A stretch of 64,000 nucleotides of DNA from Antedon mediterranea (taxonomy: Eukaryota > Animalia > Echinodermata). A program made the position numbers and the translations under genes. Below, one piece after another: positions 14,201-26,995 of the stretch (its first letter is position 1; the number at the start of each line of letters is the position of its first letter). The notes below the pieces were generated by a model. That model saw only the letters and a list, made by a program, of their open reading frames with translations, ran no database searches and was not told the DNA's origin. The stretch lies in assembly GCF_964355755.1 (NCBI RefSeq), contig NC_092671.1, positions 23,138,070 to 23,202,069 of the forward strand, in the 5' to 3' direction.

Positions 14201-15197
14201 AGTATAAACTTGTTGCCAAAGAAAGAGGCCTAAAAAGTGCTTGTAACACGTTTTTTTACGAAATACGGTAGATAGGTTAATTATTGGTAATACTATAAAT
14301 ATGGACATTATATTCGGTCTGGACCGTCAATATTTTACTATTTGAAAGTAACTAATCTGGTTACGAACTGTCAAAATGGTACCTGTCGAAATAACATACA
14401 CCGCGCATCACAGTAGCGCGATGGCTTGGCGCATTGTTTATCGGTCGCGCGCTAGTTATGCCGCCAAAGCATTACAAAGGTTTTTGTGGATTGGCATGTT
14501 TGTTGTTTTCTGAATAAAAAATAATGGAGTCATTTTCATTATGAAGTCTTTAATTTTTTTATTGTATGTATACCCTAATTGTATTGGTGTTTCACTGTAA
14601 GTGACCGGGTTTCACGCAAAAAACTTGTTTAGAAATGGTATGGATATTATCATCAGTTTACTAGGCTAGTAGTACAGGCTAGCCTATGCCTAGGCCTAAT
14701 CGTAAAATGGTTCCGGACCAACTTTAGACTGATTAACTAGGCCTGGTGTCATTACTATGTGGATTTTGGCGAAACATTGATATAAGATTTATGATTTATA
14801 AAATGTAACACATTTTTCAATAGTGATAACTTGTTTTTATAGGCCTATAGGTGCCGTGTAAGTAACTTTTTCGTTAGTTTGGTGATCTCACTGGGCGATA
14901 TTTTCATATTGTGATGTCTTGCACAAAATCGCGAATATCTCGACTTTCTTGCGCGAAACTACGAAAAACTAAAAAAGTGGGCTACTTTTATTTTACTATT
15001 ACGATTTACATATTGCGATTTGAAAATCGTTCTTGGTACCATTGTAAAGCTAAAATCTTTATGATTATTTTAGTCTAAATTACATATAAATCAGATCACA
15101 TACATAGTTTCAATCAGCTTTAATAAAAACATCAAATTGGGCTAAAAACGCTGGCGGTGGCAGTTTCTAACTGGAAAAATCTCTGGCAGTCAAAGTG
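11290..15197. mobile_element. Non-autonomous piggyBac-like element
   Basis: TTAA at 11286-11289 and 15198-15201. Perfect 14-bp TIR CACTTTGACTGCCA. Internal direct repeat of about 600 bp (about 11371-11985 and 14249-14846). Confidence 0.8.
12713..13130 (-). mobile_element. 3' fragment of a LINE with C-terminal CCHC motif
   Basis: Encodes CTCGFNVENPLHFLCYCPNY. The 3' UTR has an inverted repeat GAGGCGCC...GGCGCCTC, and there is a poly(A) tail (T-run at about 12711-12728). Confidence 0.6.
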
Positions 15198-15489
15198 TTA
15201 ATAATCATTCAGACGCAATCTACAATAGATGCAGATATATTCCGATTTCAAATTTTTACCTTAAAATTAGTGCAATAAACCTAGGCTCCCTGAGTGAGTT
15301 TCAAAGCAGAGTTTCGGCTTTGCGCGCAGGGGCCTTCAGTGTGACCAACTACTCAAATTTACTGGCAGAGGATTTGTTTACATGGAGCCTAGAAACTTTG
15401 GGTCTACATCTTGAAGCCTCAAAAGGATATAGAAAGACTTTCTTTTATACCACTACAAAATATAGTGGAAGAAGTGTCCCGTATTACTC

Positions 15490-16520
15490 AAATGTTTGGA
15501 AATTTGGAGATTTGGATCATCTAATATTGTGCCAATTTATAAAGGAGGATCAAAATCCAGTATAAACAATTACAGACTCCCGACTATCTCTAAAGTCCTT
15601 GAACAATTTGTTTTTAACCATGTTTGGACTCATGTCTCGGTAGCTCTTAACCTTTTCCAACATGGCTTCATGCCTAATAGATCATGCGAGACCAATCTTG
15701 CAAGCCTGATGGAAACTGCTTATAAAGCCGTCGATGACAAGAAACAATGCGACAACCATTTATACTGATTTTATCAAAGCTTTCGATTCTGTTACCCATA
15801 ATCATCTTCTTTTAAAATTAAACCATTTTGGAATTTCAAGTAATTTACTTTCCTGGTTTTCTAGTTATGTTGACAACAGACAGCAACGAGTTGTCATTAA
15901 CGGTATTTTATCTGAATTGCTTTCTGTTAAATCGAGAGTGTCCCAAGGATCTATATTGGGCTCTGTACTTTTTAATTTATACGTTAATGACATTCCTACC
16001 ATCTTTAAATCATCACATTGTTTAATGTATGCTGATGATCTTAAAATTTATAAACAATTAGTTCCAGAGAGGATTCAAGTCTTCACCGATTGTGTGAATG
16101 GTCACAGAAGTGGGGATTGGAACTCAACTCCGGAAAGTGTAAAATTTTAAGTACCCTTATCCTTAAGAAAGCTCCTATTATTTTTTATTATACCATTACT
16201 GATAATTTCATTGAAAGATTTCGGGGTTTATGTTGACTCTAAACCGTTAAAAGTGCTAACGGTATGTTGTGACTCATGTGTAAGGATCTTCACGCTCAAA
16301 CCAAAATTTTTCTTTATCAGACGCTAATTCGACCTTCTCTTGATTTCGGTTCTGTTATTTATAATTCAATTAGTGTGGTTCATGTCAATCGTATTGAATG
16401 GTTCCATCATTGTTTCATGCGGTTTGTCTCATATAAGCAAACTTAGCAAATTAATTCGGTTAAATGTTTATCACCTAAATTACGTCAAGCTTATTTTAAA
16501 TTTCTATATAATTCTATACA
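15490..16520 (+). mobile_element. Degenerate CR1-group LINE RT fragment
   Basis: Frameshifted ORFs contain IVPIYKGG..NYR, QHGFMPNRSC, TDFIKAFDSV, SQGSILG and YADDLK. Confidence 0.8.
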
Positions 16521-16586
16521 TAGTAATTTTGATAGGTGATCTTTTAGAATAAAATGATCACCTATTGTTATTGTATGAAATCTTTA

Positions 16587-17860
16587 TTGGTTATCCGCAA
16601 CAAAGTTGCTGGATAACCCTTGTGATTGTACGAAATCATCTTTTTCTTATCTTCTTTCTTTCTTTATCATTTTTGTGTAACGGTTTTCTCTAAAACTTGT
16701 AAACATAACATTTTGTTAACTATCTTAACATATTGTCATTTATGTAACGGCGTCAAGCGAAGCTTTTCATGACATTTACAATTGCGCAAGATGACTTACG
16801 AGCGATTTAACGATTTTCTCGTATTTAACATAGGTCGAAAACCAAATAACATTTCAAATTGACACTTTGCAAAAGTTTAATTTATATCATGCGCTAACTT
16901 TCTGTAGAAAAAAAATTGCGTGTTTTACACAAAGTTAGTCGTGCACACGCATTTAAAATTTCAAAATGGGCAGAATTAATTTCTAATCAACTTTCTACGT
17001 GTTTCATGTCGTTTTAAGCGGTGCGGTGCGCACGTAGCATTAAAAACATATTTTGTTTGCGTGATTTATGTTTTTCCAGCCTTTTCTAGTAATTTTACCA
17101 AGTTTTAAACAATTTCAACTTAAAGTTACATCATACGAGCACATTTTTTGATGAAAAAGTTCAAAAATTCATCAAAATTATTCCTTTTTTTAAACAGTCT
17201 TAATTTCTAAACTAGAAGGTCAACTTTTTTAGATGACATATTCTGGAAGGAAGTTGACGAGTTGTAGATATCGGATCATGTATTAATATGGCTAACCGGC
17301 CATTGTGACGTCATCGTATGGCCACACGAATATAAAATTTAGGATTTTTGTATTTTTCGTCATAGCTCACCACATTTAATAGAGCGCATCTCCACTTATC
17401 CGTATTCCATTTTCACCTCAATTTTGATATTATCTAGGTCAATCAACTATTTTTCGCATGAGTTAAAAATATTTTAATTTTTATGACGTCATCATGCCTA
17501 AAAATTTAAATTACGTGTGGCATTAATTTCATCTTTACAATAAATTTTAATCTGCTCGTACGAAAAAAATGTGATAATATTAAAACGTTTTCTGGAAGCT
17601 ATTGGATTGTAGATACGAAATCATATGAAAATTTTGCCAATCGGATGTTGTGACGTCATCATATGGCCAGTTAAATAAAAAGACGTATTTTCATCTTTTG
17701 CGTCATAATTCATTACATTTAAAAGAGCGTGCATCAATATTTCACGTATTCAAATTTCTTCTACACGTTAATATGTTGTTGCTAAGATAATTTCCTTCCG
17801 AAATTGCAACCTTCACGTTTCATTTTAAAACCGTCAACATGTTAAAAATTGCAATAAATG
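16587..17860 (+). mobile_element. Helentron-like family copy (3'-truncated)
   Basis: Starts with hairpin GGTTATCC...GGATAACC. The body is colinear with the 7594-10560 copies. Confidence 0.7.
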
Positions 17861-17889
17861 ATAAAAATGATCACCTATAGGGTGCAGAA

Positions 17890-18300
17890 TAAATCCATGA
17901 GTTACTTCTACTATGTCTAACATCTACCAACTTCAAGTGGTGTGATCAATACTTTGAACAAACTGAAGGCACGGCTATGGGATCTCCTTTATCCCCGGTC
18001 ATTGCCAACATCTTTCCGGAGGATCCCGAACACCTAGCACTTTACTCCGCCAACAAGCGACCAGACTTTGGCTTTGATATATAGACGACACTTTTATCTG
18101 GCAGCTGGCAGATAGTTTTCTAATACACCTTATTACCTCTCAACATCGAAACATTGCATTCACCATGGAAGAGGAAAACAACCACAGTTTACCCTTTCTT
18201 GACGTATTTGTCACAAAGGAACCCAAGGGCACTCTGTTCCACAAAGTATATCGCAAACCCACCCACACGGACAGAATATCTACATAAGCGATCCTTCCTC
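17890..18300 (+). mobile_element. Penelope-like element RT fragment
   Basis: Manual translation gives GTAMGSPLSPVIANIF, YIDDTFIW and FTMEEENNHSLPFLDV...VYRKPTHTDR, which are Penelope RT motifs, with frameshifts and stops. Confidence 0.85.
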
Positions 18301-18475
18301 TATGGGTGTCTAGAAAACTCAGATCTCAGATATATCTGACTTTTCTAGATCTAGAAAACTAAGATATCAATATCTGACTTTTCTAGTTCCAAAATAGAAC
18401 TAGAAAACTCAGATCATCATTTGATTGGTTGGTAGGTCATTTGGATCGTTCCATTATTAATCAGCGGGTAGGTCA

Positions 18476-21400
18476 TTTATTTATTTATTTATTTATTTCG
18501 TTTTCTTTTAGTAGGGTAGCCCTCTCAGTAATAAAATAAAACTGCTCTTCCGAGGGGCCCTACGGCACATTTAAACAAAATTTGAAAACAACTTAAACTA
18601 AACTTAAACTAAAACTTAAACTAAAACTAAACTTCAATGCATGTTCTCATTATTATTATACTTTTATACCATATTTAAATATATTTCACTGGAACCATCC
18701 TAGACCACCGGCAACAATAAATGAATCTTAACAAGTGATTTAAAACGGTTATAATTGTTTTGTTTTCTTAATTCATAAGGTAGGCCATTCCAGAGTGAAC
18801 TTCCATAATAAACAAAACTACGTTTGTATATTTCGAGGTTACATCTGGGCAAATACAACAGATTATTTTCATAGTTTCTGGTTTGAATATTGTGTACACT
18901 ACTAATATATTGCAAACATCACATAAGTATGAAGGTACAGATTCTTGTAAACATCTAAATATTGTACAAATTGTATGATATTCAATTCTTGTCCTAATTG
19001 TTAGCCAACCTAAATCATAATGCATTTGTCTAACAGGAGTTCGAATATCAGCACCTAGTATTAATCGTGCAGCTCTATTTTGTACCCTTTGCAATTTTAA
19101 AATATGGGCGTTTGAACCAGTACCCCAGACTGTTGAACAATAGTCAATATGTGATAAAAATAGAGCATTGTATAATCTTTTAATAATTTTAGGAGATGTA
19201 AAACTTTTCAATCTATAAAATAGATGTAGAATTTTTGATAGTTTTGCACATATAGAATCAATATGTACTTTCCATGAGAGTTGTTCATCAAATGTAAGTC
19301 CCAAATATTTAAACGTTTCAACTTTCTCAATCGGAATGTTATCAAAAATTACTGTTTCATCTGTTGTTTTATTAACACGTGCATGAGTACCAAAAAGCAT
19401 GTATTTGGTTTTATCAATGTTTAGAGTTAATTTATGTTTATCTAACCATTGTTTTACATTTTCCAACTGTTCAGTTAAAACTGTTGTAAGCTCTTCATTT
19501 GATTTACATGCATAAAAAAGCGCAGTGTCGTCTGCATAGAGGACTGTTTTACAAATCCCATCAACACTATCATGTAAGTCATTTATGTATAAAATAAACA
19601 ACAAAGGGCCAAGAATTGAGCCTTGTGGTACCCCATAGTTGACATTTAAAATTTCAGATTTTTTTCCATTAAAATTAACAAATTGTTTGCGATTTTTTAA
19701 ATAATTACTGAACCATGCAAGCTCAGTGTTTATCATTCCAAAGGTGCATAATTTACGTAATAAAATATCGTGGTCTACCGTATCAAACGCCTTTTTTAGG
19801 TCAAGAAAAATTGCTCCAGTTACCAAGCCATTATCAATATTTTTATATATATAATTGCATACATCTATCAGTGTAGTAGAAGTTGAATGTAACGACCTAA
19901 AACCAGATTGATTTTTACATAATAAATTAAACAAATTTATATGATTCATAACTTGATTATGGATGCATCTTTCAAAAACTTTCATAACAATAGGTATAAC
20001 AGATATTGGACGGTAGTTGTTAAGTTCATGTTTACATCCTCCTTTATAAAGCGGAGTAACCTTAGCACATTTCCATTCACTTGGAATAACACCAGATCTT
20101 AATGACCAGTTAAACAAAAAGGCAAGACTTTGAGAAATTTGTGAAGATGCAATTTTAAGTAACCTAGCGGAAATCCCATCAATTCCAGTAGCTTTTCCAA
20201 TTTCTAACTTTTCCAACAAACCTTCAATTTCATTTCCATTAATATCTTTAAAGTTGAAACGTTGTTGAAATTGTGATAACGATTCAACGGTAATATCGTT
20301 TTGGTTGTCATTAAAATGGGATGCAAGTTCATTAGAAATTGAACAAAAATATTTATTAAAATGATTAGCAATATCAGTTGGATTGTTTATTTCATTACCG
20401 TTTACATTGAGAGTTGTTTTAGTTTGTTTCTTTTTATTGGGTAAAAAGTCTTTCATGGTTTTCCATAATGTTTTAGTGTCATTAACATTATCCTTTAATT
20501 TATTATTTATATAGTCGCGTTTTAGTGATTTAGACAAATTATTTAATTTATTTCTTGCCTTTTTGTAAGAATTCCAATCATCTATGTTCTTAGTTTTTTC
20601 GGCTTTTTGTTTTAAATAATCACGGTCACGAGAAAAGGAAACAAATTCGTCTGTAAGCCATGGAATATCAGTATCCTTCCTCCTGACCGTCACCATAGGA
20701 GCATGAATATCACAAATATCAGTAAAAATGTGTTTCCAAATGTCCCAAGCCTCGTCAGCATCCTCGGACGCCTCACAAATACTCCACGGAGCAGATGCAA
20801 GATCAGAAATAAACAAATCTTCGTTAAATTTCCGGAAGGTTCTCGTATGTAAAATACGCGGGGGCAATTTTATTTTGATTTTTTTACGTATTGCATATAT
20901 CAATGAGTGATCGCTAATTCCAATTGGTACAACTCCAGTTTTGCTTATAAAGTCATCCCTATTTGAAAAAATTAAATCAATACAACTACTACTGTTTTCC
21001 GTTACGCGCGTTGGAGTTTTAATATACTGGTTTAATTGGAAAATTTGGTGGAGGGTTTTAATGTTCCGAGAATGCTGTTTATCAAATATATTCCAATTTA
21101 AGTCACCAACAACAATAATCTCTCTTATACTATCTAGTATAAAAGATATTTGATCATGCATTATATCAACAAATCCAGTACACGAATTTGGTGGTCTATA
21201 AACATTACCTATAACGAACGGTTTAGTGTTAACCGGCTTAATTTTTATCCATACCGATTCAATTGTATTTTCACCAAAGTCAATGACATCAAAATCAACA
21301 TTTTCGTTTACATAGATAGCCACCCCACCTCCGTGTCTATTTCTGTCTGTTCTAACTAATAGGTATATCCTGGGATTGCAAGTTCACTATTATGTATATT

Positions 21401-21590
21401 TTGATCTAGCCAGGTTTCACTAATTCCTAAAACATGGAAACGGCATTCCGAAAGTAAACTCCGAACATGGTCCACCTTATTATAGAGACTTCTGACATTT
21501 AAATGACCAATTTTAAAACCCTTTGTACAATCAATCTCGCATAATTTGCATAGTATGCCAAAAGCAGGATAAACAATAGAGTCGTTACGT
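18476..21590 (-). mobile_element. Nearly intact L2/Crack-like LINE ORF2 (APE endonuclease plus RT)
   Basis: 851-aa ORF at 18768-21323 with YRPP, GDLN, SDH, DLKKAFDTV, GVPQGSILGP and YADD. The N-terminus (HLNVRSL, SETWL) lies in another frame to about 21530, and the C-terminus is in ORF 18700-18915. (AAAT)n tail near 18476-18497. Confidence 0.9.
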
Positions 21591-22070
21591 AATTCAGCGT
21601 CGTCTACGTCGTTGTCTAAAAGGCTTCCCGTACGATGAAAAATACTAGAGTATTATTAAAACTGAATACTGTGTACGTTTTCTTACTATTGTAACATGTA
21701 GAAGCGGCCTACGGCTTAAATCATAAAGAAAATACAGTGCATGTTACCGTTAAAATATAGGCTTAAAAATGATACATGTACGAGTTGGTGTGGGTACGAG
21801 TTGGTTGAGGTACGAGTTAGCCAAGTTGGGAATAGGTACGAGTTATTTTGGGTACGAATTGACCACTTCTAGTCTAGTACTGTAAGACCATGCCTACTCT
21901 TCGCGATACATCGCGATAGCGCCCACACGTTGAGCCCTGAATTGAGTTTGCTTAGCTAGACCTAAATGCTAAGCCTACATTTTAAAAGGTGTATACTGTA
22001 TTTCTTTATGATTTAAGTCGTAGGCTGCTACTACAAGTTACAATAATTATTATTATTAGAAGAAAACGTA

Positions 22071-24316
22071 TAGTCAACTCTCCCAATACCGGGATTCACG
22101 GAAAACCGGACTTTTTTGGAGGGCCCAATTTGTCCCTATTCTAAATGTACTGTAATTTATTATGAAAACCGGAATACCCAATTCCGGAATGCGGACAAAT
22201 TATGAAGTACAAAACACGAAAATTAGCGTCTGAAAACCGGACTGACAGTTAAAAAACTTATTTACGAAAACAACGTAACATCGTCGTCGCTGACTCGGAT
22301 TCAATACATTCACAATGTACAAAAGCTTTTAACCATACCCTGACCATGCATGAAGTGCGCGACGTTTCTTCGCGGTACGATCAAATAATGTTGCCATGGA
22401 GCGCTACACTGTGATTGACAGGTCAGTTCATTGTCAACCAGGGGTCCCAAGTCTACCGCTACTCGCGGTAGTCTACCGCTACTCGCGGTAGTCAACCGCT
22501 TTTAGTAGCAATCTACCGCGCTACCGCTATCTCGACGTTTTCTACCGCATTTTGATTTTTTTACCGCATTTTCAAATTTCCCCATATTTTTGGCCAAATT
22601 GATTTACGGTTACACCCAGGCTCAGCCCAGGTCAACAATAATCAATAAATAACTAGACAAAAGTGAGGCAGGATGTTGAAACAATGTCTATTCATGCAGT
22701 CTCCGTGGTCTATTATTGTATTTTTATTTGTATGCACTGCCTTTGTTAAACCGTAACAATAATTTACATTTACATTTTAATGTTATCTTTAATGCCAGTG
22801 TAATTACGTATGGATAAAACAATATAAAACTCAATGTTTTTCATCTGAAATAATATGTTAACTCGCGTAATGTAGCATAAGACGGATTCGGAATAGTTAT
22901 TTCTTATTATTATTTTTTTTTGGGGGGGGGGGGTTAAAATGGTAGCTAGCTAGGGCCTAGTAGAAGCCCTAGGCTAGGCCTGTGCCTAAAAAAAATGAGT
23001 AAATTATATTGGGCAATACTATCATGTGTTTATTGTACATTATGTAATTAAGTTAAATTATTTTATATACTGAATTTTAGTTAAAATACAGTATATATTT
23101 TTTAAATTCTTTGTACTGAGGATGTGTCCATAAAAAAAATAAGAATGTAAAAATACTGATGGATAAACCTATGTAAAAATTAAGCCAACTTATGTGTAAA
23201 TATTGTATATACTGTATATGTAACATATTTAGTTAATTAATTAAGAGACGTAAACGACACGCGTGTTGATTTTCGATTCCCCGCGCGTTGACTTTCGACA
23301 CCCCGACGAATTGAATGTGGTTCACGACAAAATCTCCTGCGAATGGACTTTCCCAAGTTGGGACCTCTGGTCAACCCACGAGGCGGCAATTGCTTTGTTG
23401 CGTATCGAACTGCGGTGGGCTTTTTCACATCGAAGCGCTATGTCTTAATGTCTATTGTTTTTAGCAGGGAGTTGTTAACAACTCCCTGTTTTTTAGCATA
23501 TGAATTGTTTTTTAATAAAGTTCAATTTACATTCCACTTTGTGTCTTTGTTTTGTTTAAATTATTGTTAAATTCACAATTGCAATAGGACTTTAAAAAGG
23601 AATGTTTCACTAAAAATGTGCATCATTATAAATTTGGAAATCATTATGGCAAAACGTAAACGGAATGAACTTGACTTAACTAGAGTTAATAAACTTTGAA
23701 ATGTTACCAATTAATTATTGTGTCATTATTGCTTGGCTCGTTTACCTAATCAATTTTCACCATTGCTATCAAATTACGTCAAAATAAAGGAGCTTAAAAA
23801 ACATGTGGTCTAGGTGTGGGTGTTTTTATTTGATTGTGACACCTCTGCACATGCGCATCAATCAAAGCCCCGCTCTGCTATTTTTATCACCCATGCTGCT
23901 GCTAGCTAGCTCACGATAAACAATAAACATACCAAAATTATGTTCACTGTACGTACGTAGGCCTAGCCTAGGCCTTTTTGCCGCTAAAAACACATTGAGA
24001 AACAATAATTTACTACTGTAACATGTTTTATTGGTACAGTAAATAATGTAACTTTTAAAAAAGGTAAATTGAATTAGCTTAATATTAATAAAGTAGGCCT
24101 AGGCCTATCTGTATTTATTTAATTAAAACTAGCTTGACACAAACATATTCATAGCCTAGGCCTTCCCTACGCTAGACCGTACCGGGCAGCATTCGGACCG
24201 GTGATTCAAAGCATTTTCAGTGACAACGTGATGACTTTAAAAATATGTTTTCAGGAAACCGGACTTTCGAAAAACCTGAAAATATATGCCCGCCCAAGTA
24301 TTGGGAGAGTTGACTG
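22071..24316. mobile_element. Non-autonomous Tc1/pogo (Tigger-like) element
   Basis: TIR (C/T)AGTCAACTCTCCCAATAC at both ends, with TA on both flanks. Confidence 0.7.
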
Positions 24317-24678
24317 TAATACTATGTAGTATTTCAAATATGCTACCCTCTAATAATAATGGAACGATCCATTTGATGATCTGGGTTTTCTAGTTCCATT
24401 TTGGAACTAGAAAACTCAGATATTGATATCTGAGTTTTCCAGATCTAGAAAACTCAGATATGATATCTGAGTTTTCTAGATCTAGAAAAGTCAGATACCT
24501 CAGTTTTCTAGATCTAGAAAAGTCAGATATATCTGAGATCTGAGTTTTCTAGACACCCTTCCACTATCCATTACATATAGTTATTTTTATTTTTACTAGT
24601 ACATGGTAATAAAATCTGAATATCATCTTTTAGATAAAAAATGTAATAGATTTACATAGACACACATATATATGTATA

Positions 24679-26482
24679 CAGGGCTCGCAGAATCGCTTGC
24701 CCGACGTCCCGCGGCAACCCTAAAAATACGTCGGGCAATTAAAACTTAACATGTCATGTCCCGACGGGCAACCTCTTAAAATCACCGAAAATGTCCACGA
24801 TGTTTTACAGGGGTTGTGAAATACTGTAACAATGAAAATAATAGTCGCGCACGAACGAATTCTCTTGACGTCGAGACCAGTGTAGTGTTTGTTAAGTAAA
24901 TGTATGGATCGGAATTCGGTGGTATGGAACGTTATCTCCAGGAGCCAAAACATGTGTTTCTATGCAGTCGGGCGTATCAAGTCGTTGCGTATAGAGTTTC
25001 CAGGTCTGTCAATTAGCACGCGGTCTCTTGGCGGCATCCATTGATCACGAAATAGGAAGCGTTGAACTCTTGGCTTTTAACTTATTTGAAGTTATACCAG
25101 GGAGTTTCTAATTAACAACTCCCTAGTTATACTATAAACCAAATAAAATAGGGGCTAGTATGTTTTTGTTTTTCTCAATTATCGAAATCATTTTACGGTG
25201 GTAATAAAATCTGAATCTACTACTCGGTATTAATTATGTGGCCTACAGCCTAGATAGTAGATTAGGCCTATGTTTAATTACATTCATGTTATTGTTATGT
25301 ATTTTGTGTGTAATAAATAATTTGCTGAATTATTGTTCAAATGTACAGTTGTATTGAAAATACAGTATATTATTAAATTATAATAAATACGTAATTTTAA
25401 TTGTCTGTGCCAAATAGGCACCGGGAGTTTCGGCGGCCGATGTTTTTAACACAGGCAAGTAGGCCTACCATTTTTTTTATAAATATTACAGAATATAAAT
25501 TTAATAGGCCTAATAATTTATTTAATATAATAAATACATTGAATACTTAAAGAGTTAATTTATTTTTTATTATCAACATTGAAAATAATACACTTCTTCG
25601 GGTATCGCCGAGAGTTGAACTTTCAAAAACTCCAACTTGGCGGAGCACGTGGTTTTCACCACAATTCGGCACAGTTCCCTTGTGTTGTTTTCAATCACCA
25701 ACTTGTGCGAGCAGATGGTTGTTTTCATCCAACCTGTGCAAGCTTCTACTGAAACAACAACAAGTAAACTTCCACAAGCCCGCACTCTCCACACACCGTA
25801 CCCATGTGCTCCTACTACGTACGGCAGCTGCTGTGAGGTTTTTTGCTATACGCATGCGTATTGTTTCACGTCACATAGACGGACGTCAGTTGATGTTTGT
25901 TTTTTTTTCTTTATGATTTCAACTAGGCTTCGGCAAGCTCATCACCTTCCTAAGTACTTTGTTTAAACTTTTTAGGCCTAGGCCTACATTTCTATAGGCA
26001 ATATTTTAGATATATCTATTAAATAATTGTAAGATAATTAGTGCCATGTCTAGGCCACTACATTTTGAATATCGCAAAAAGGCTTGATTTCAGAATGTCA
26101 TTGCACAATAGAAGCAAAACGTTTTTGCTCCTAAAGTAAACCCACGTGAATACGCCTTTTTCATTCACGAAACGGAACACATCTTCGATCGATGACAAAC
26201 AATGCCAAGCGACGAAGCGTAACCAACATAAATAACATAGCGTTTTCAAGGGATTTCAGGACACCATTTTAATTAAACAATCGCAACTCTTGCACGGAGG
26301 ATCGTATGAGAAAATAAATTACTGTAAAATGTTCTTAAAAGATTGGCCTACATCACTGTCGCGGTATAAAACGTTAAAATTAAGTTAAAATAGTGGGCAA
26401 GTAAAAAATGATGAGGGCAACCAAAAAGCAAAACCTACTTGCCCGAAGGGCAACCAAATATTTTAGGATTCTGCGAGCCCTG
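24679..26482. mobile_element. Non-autonomous hAT-like element
   Basis: Perfect 16-bp TIR CAGGGCTCGCAGAATC. GTATA flanks both ends, but in a TA-rich context, so TSD length is uncertain. Confidence 0.75.
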
Positions 26483-26489
26483 GTATATA

Positions 26490-26995
26490 TATATATATAT
26501 ATATTGTTTAAGTAAACTTAAATAATGTTACTCTACTAATTAAATAATATAACATAATATTACTGATACGTTGATAATAAACTGTGAATAAATTTCTTCT
26601 TAAATAAACTTAAGGTACATTGGTTCTTAATAAAATTGCTTATATCATTCCACAATAGAGGTCCTTGCCGTTTAATGGTATTCATTCCCAGGTCTGTTCT
26701 GAAATTATGAGGACGCAAATCATTTAATGTTCTTGTATTATGACAATGTGTTTCTTTTACCCTATCCCAAAAAGTATTGAAATTACTTGGTAGATAATTA
26801 ACAAAATTAAACATAAAAATTGCTTTTTGTAATTTATGAATATCATAGATTGTTAAAGTTTTTAATTTTAAAAATAAGGGTGCAGTATGGGCCAGCCAGG
26901 ATGAATTTGTACAGAGTCTAATTATTTTCTTTTGTTTTAAATGAATGGTTTTCAAATTGCAGTTGTTTGCATCTGCCCAAATAAGATTATTATAA
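26490..26995 (-). mobile_element. 3' fragment of an L2/Crack-group LINE
   Basis: ORF 26560-26955 (QKKIIR...HTAPLFLKLKTL...HNTR...GPLLWNDI) resembles the ORF2 C-terminus. Confidence 0.75.

Larger units (their letters stand above)
18304..24558. mobile_element. Mutator-like foldback element with repeat-rich TIRs, hosting nested insertions
   Basis: TIRs of about 150 bp begin GGGTGTCTAGAAAACTCAGATCTCAGA. The 9-bp flanks TTCCTCTAT (18295-18303) and TTCCACTAT (24559-24567) match 8/9. Confidence 0.75.
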
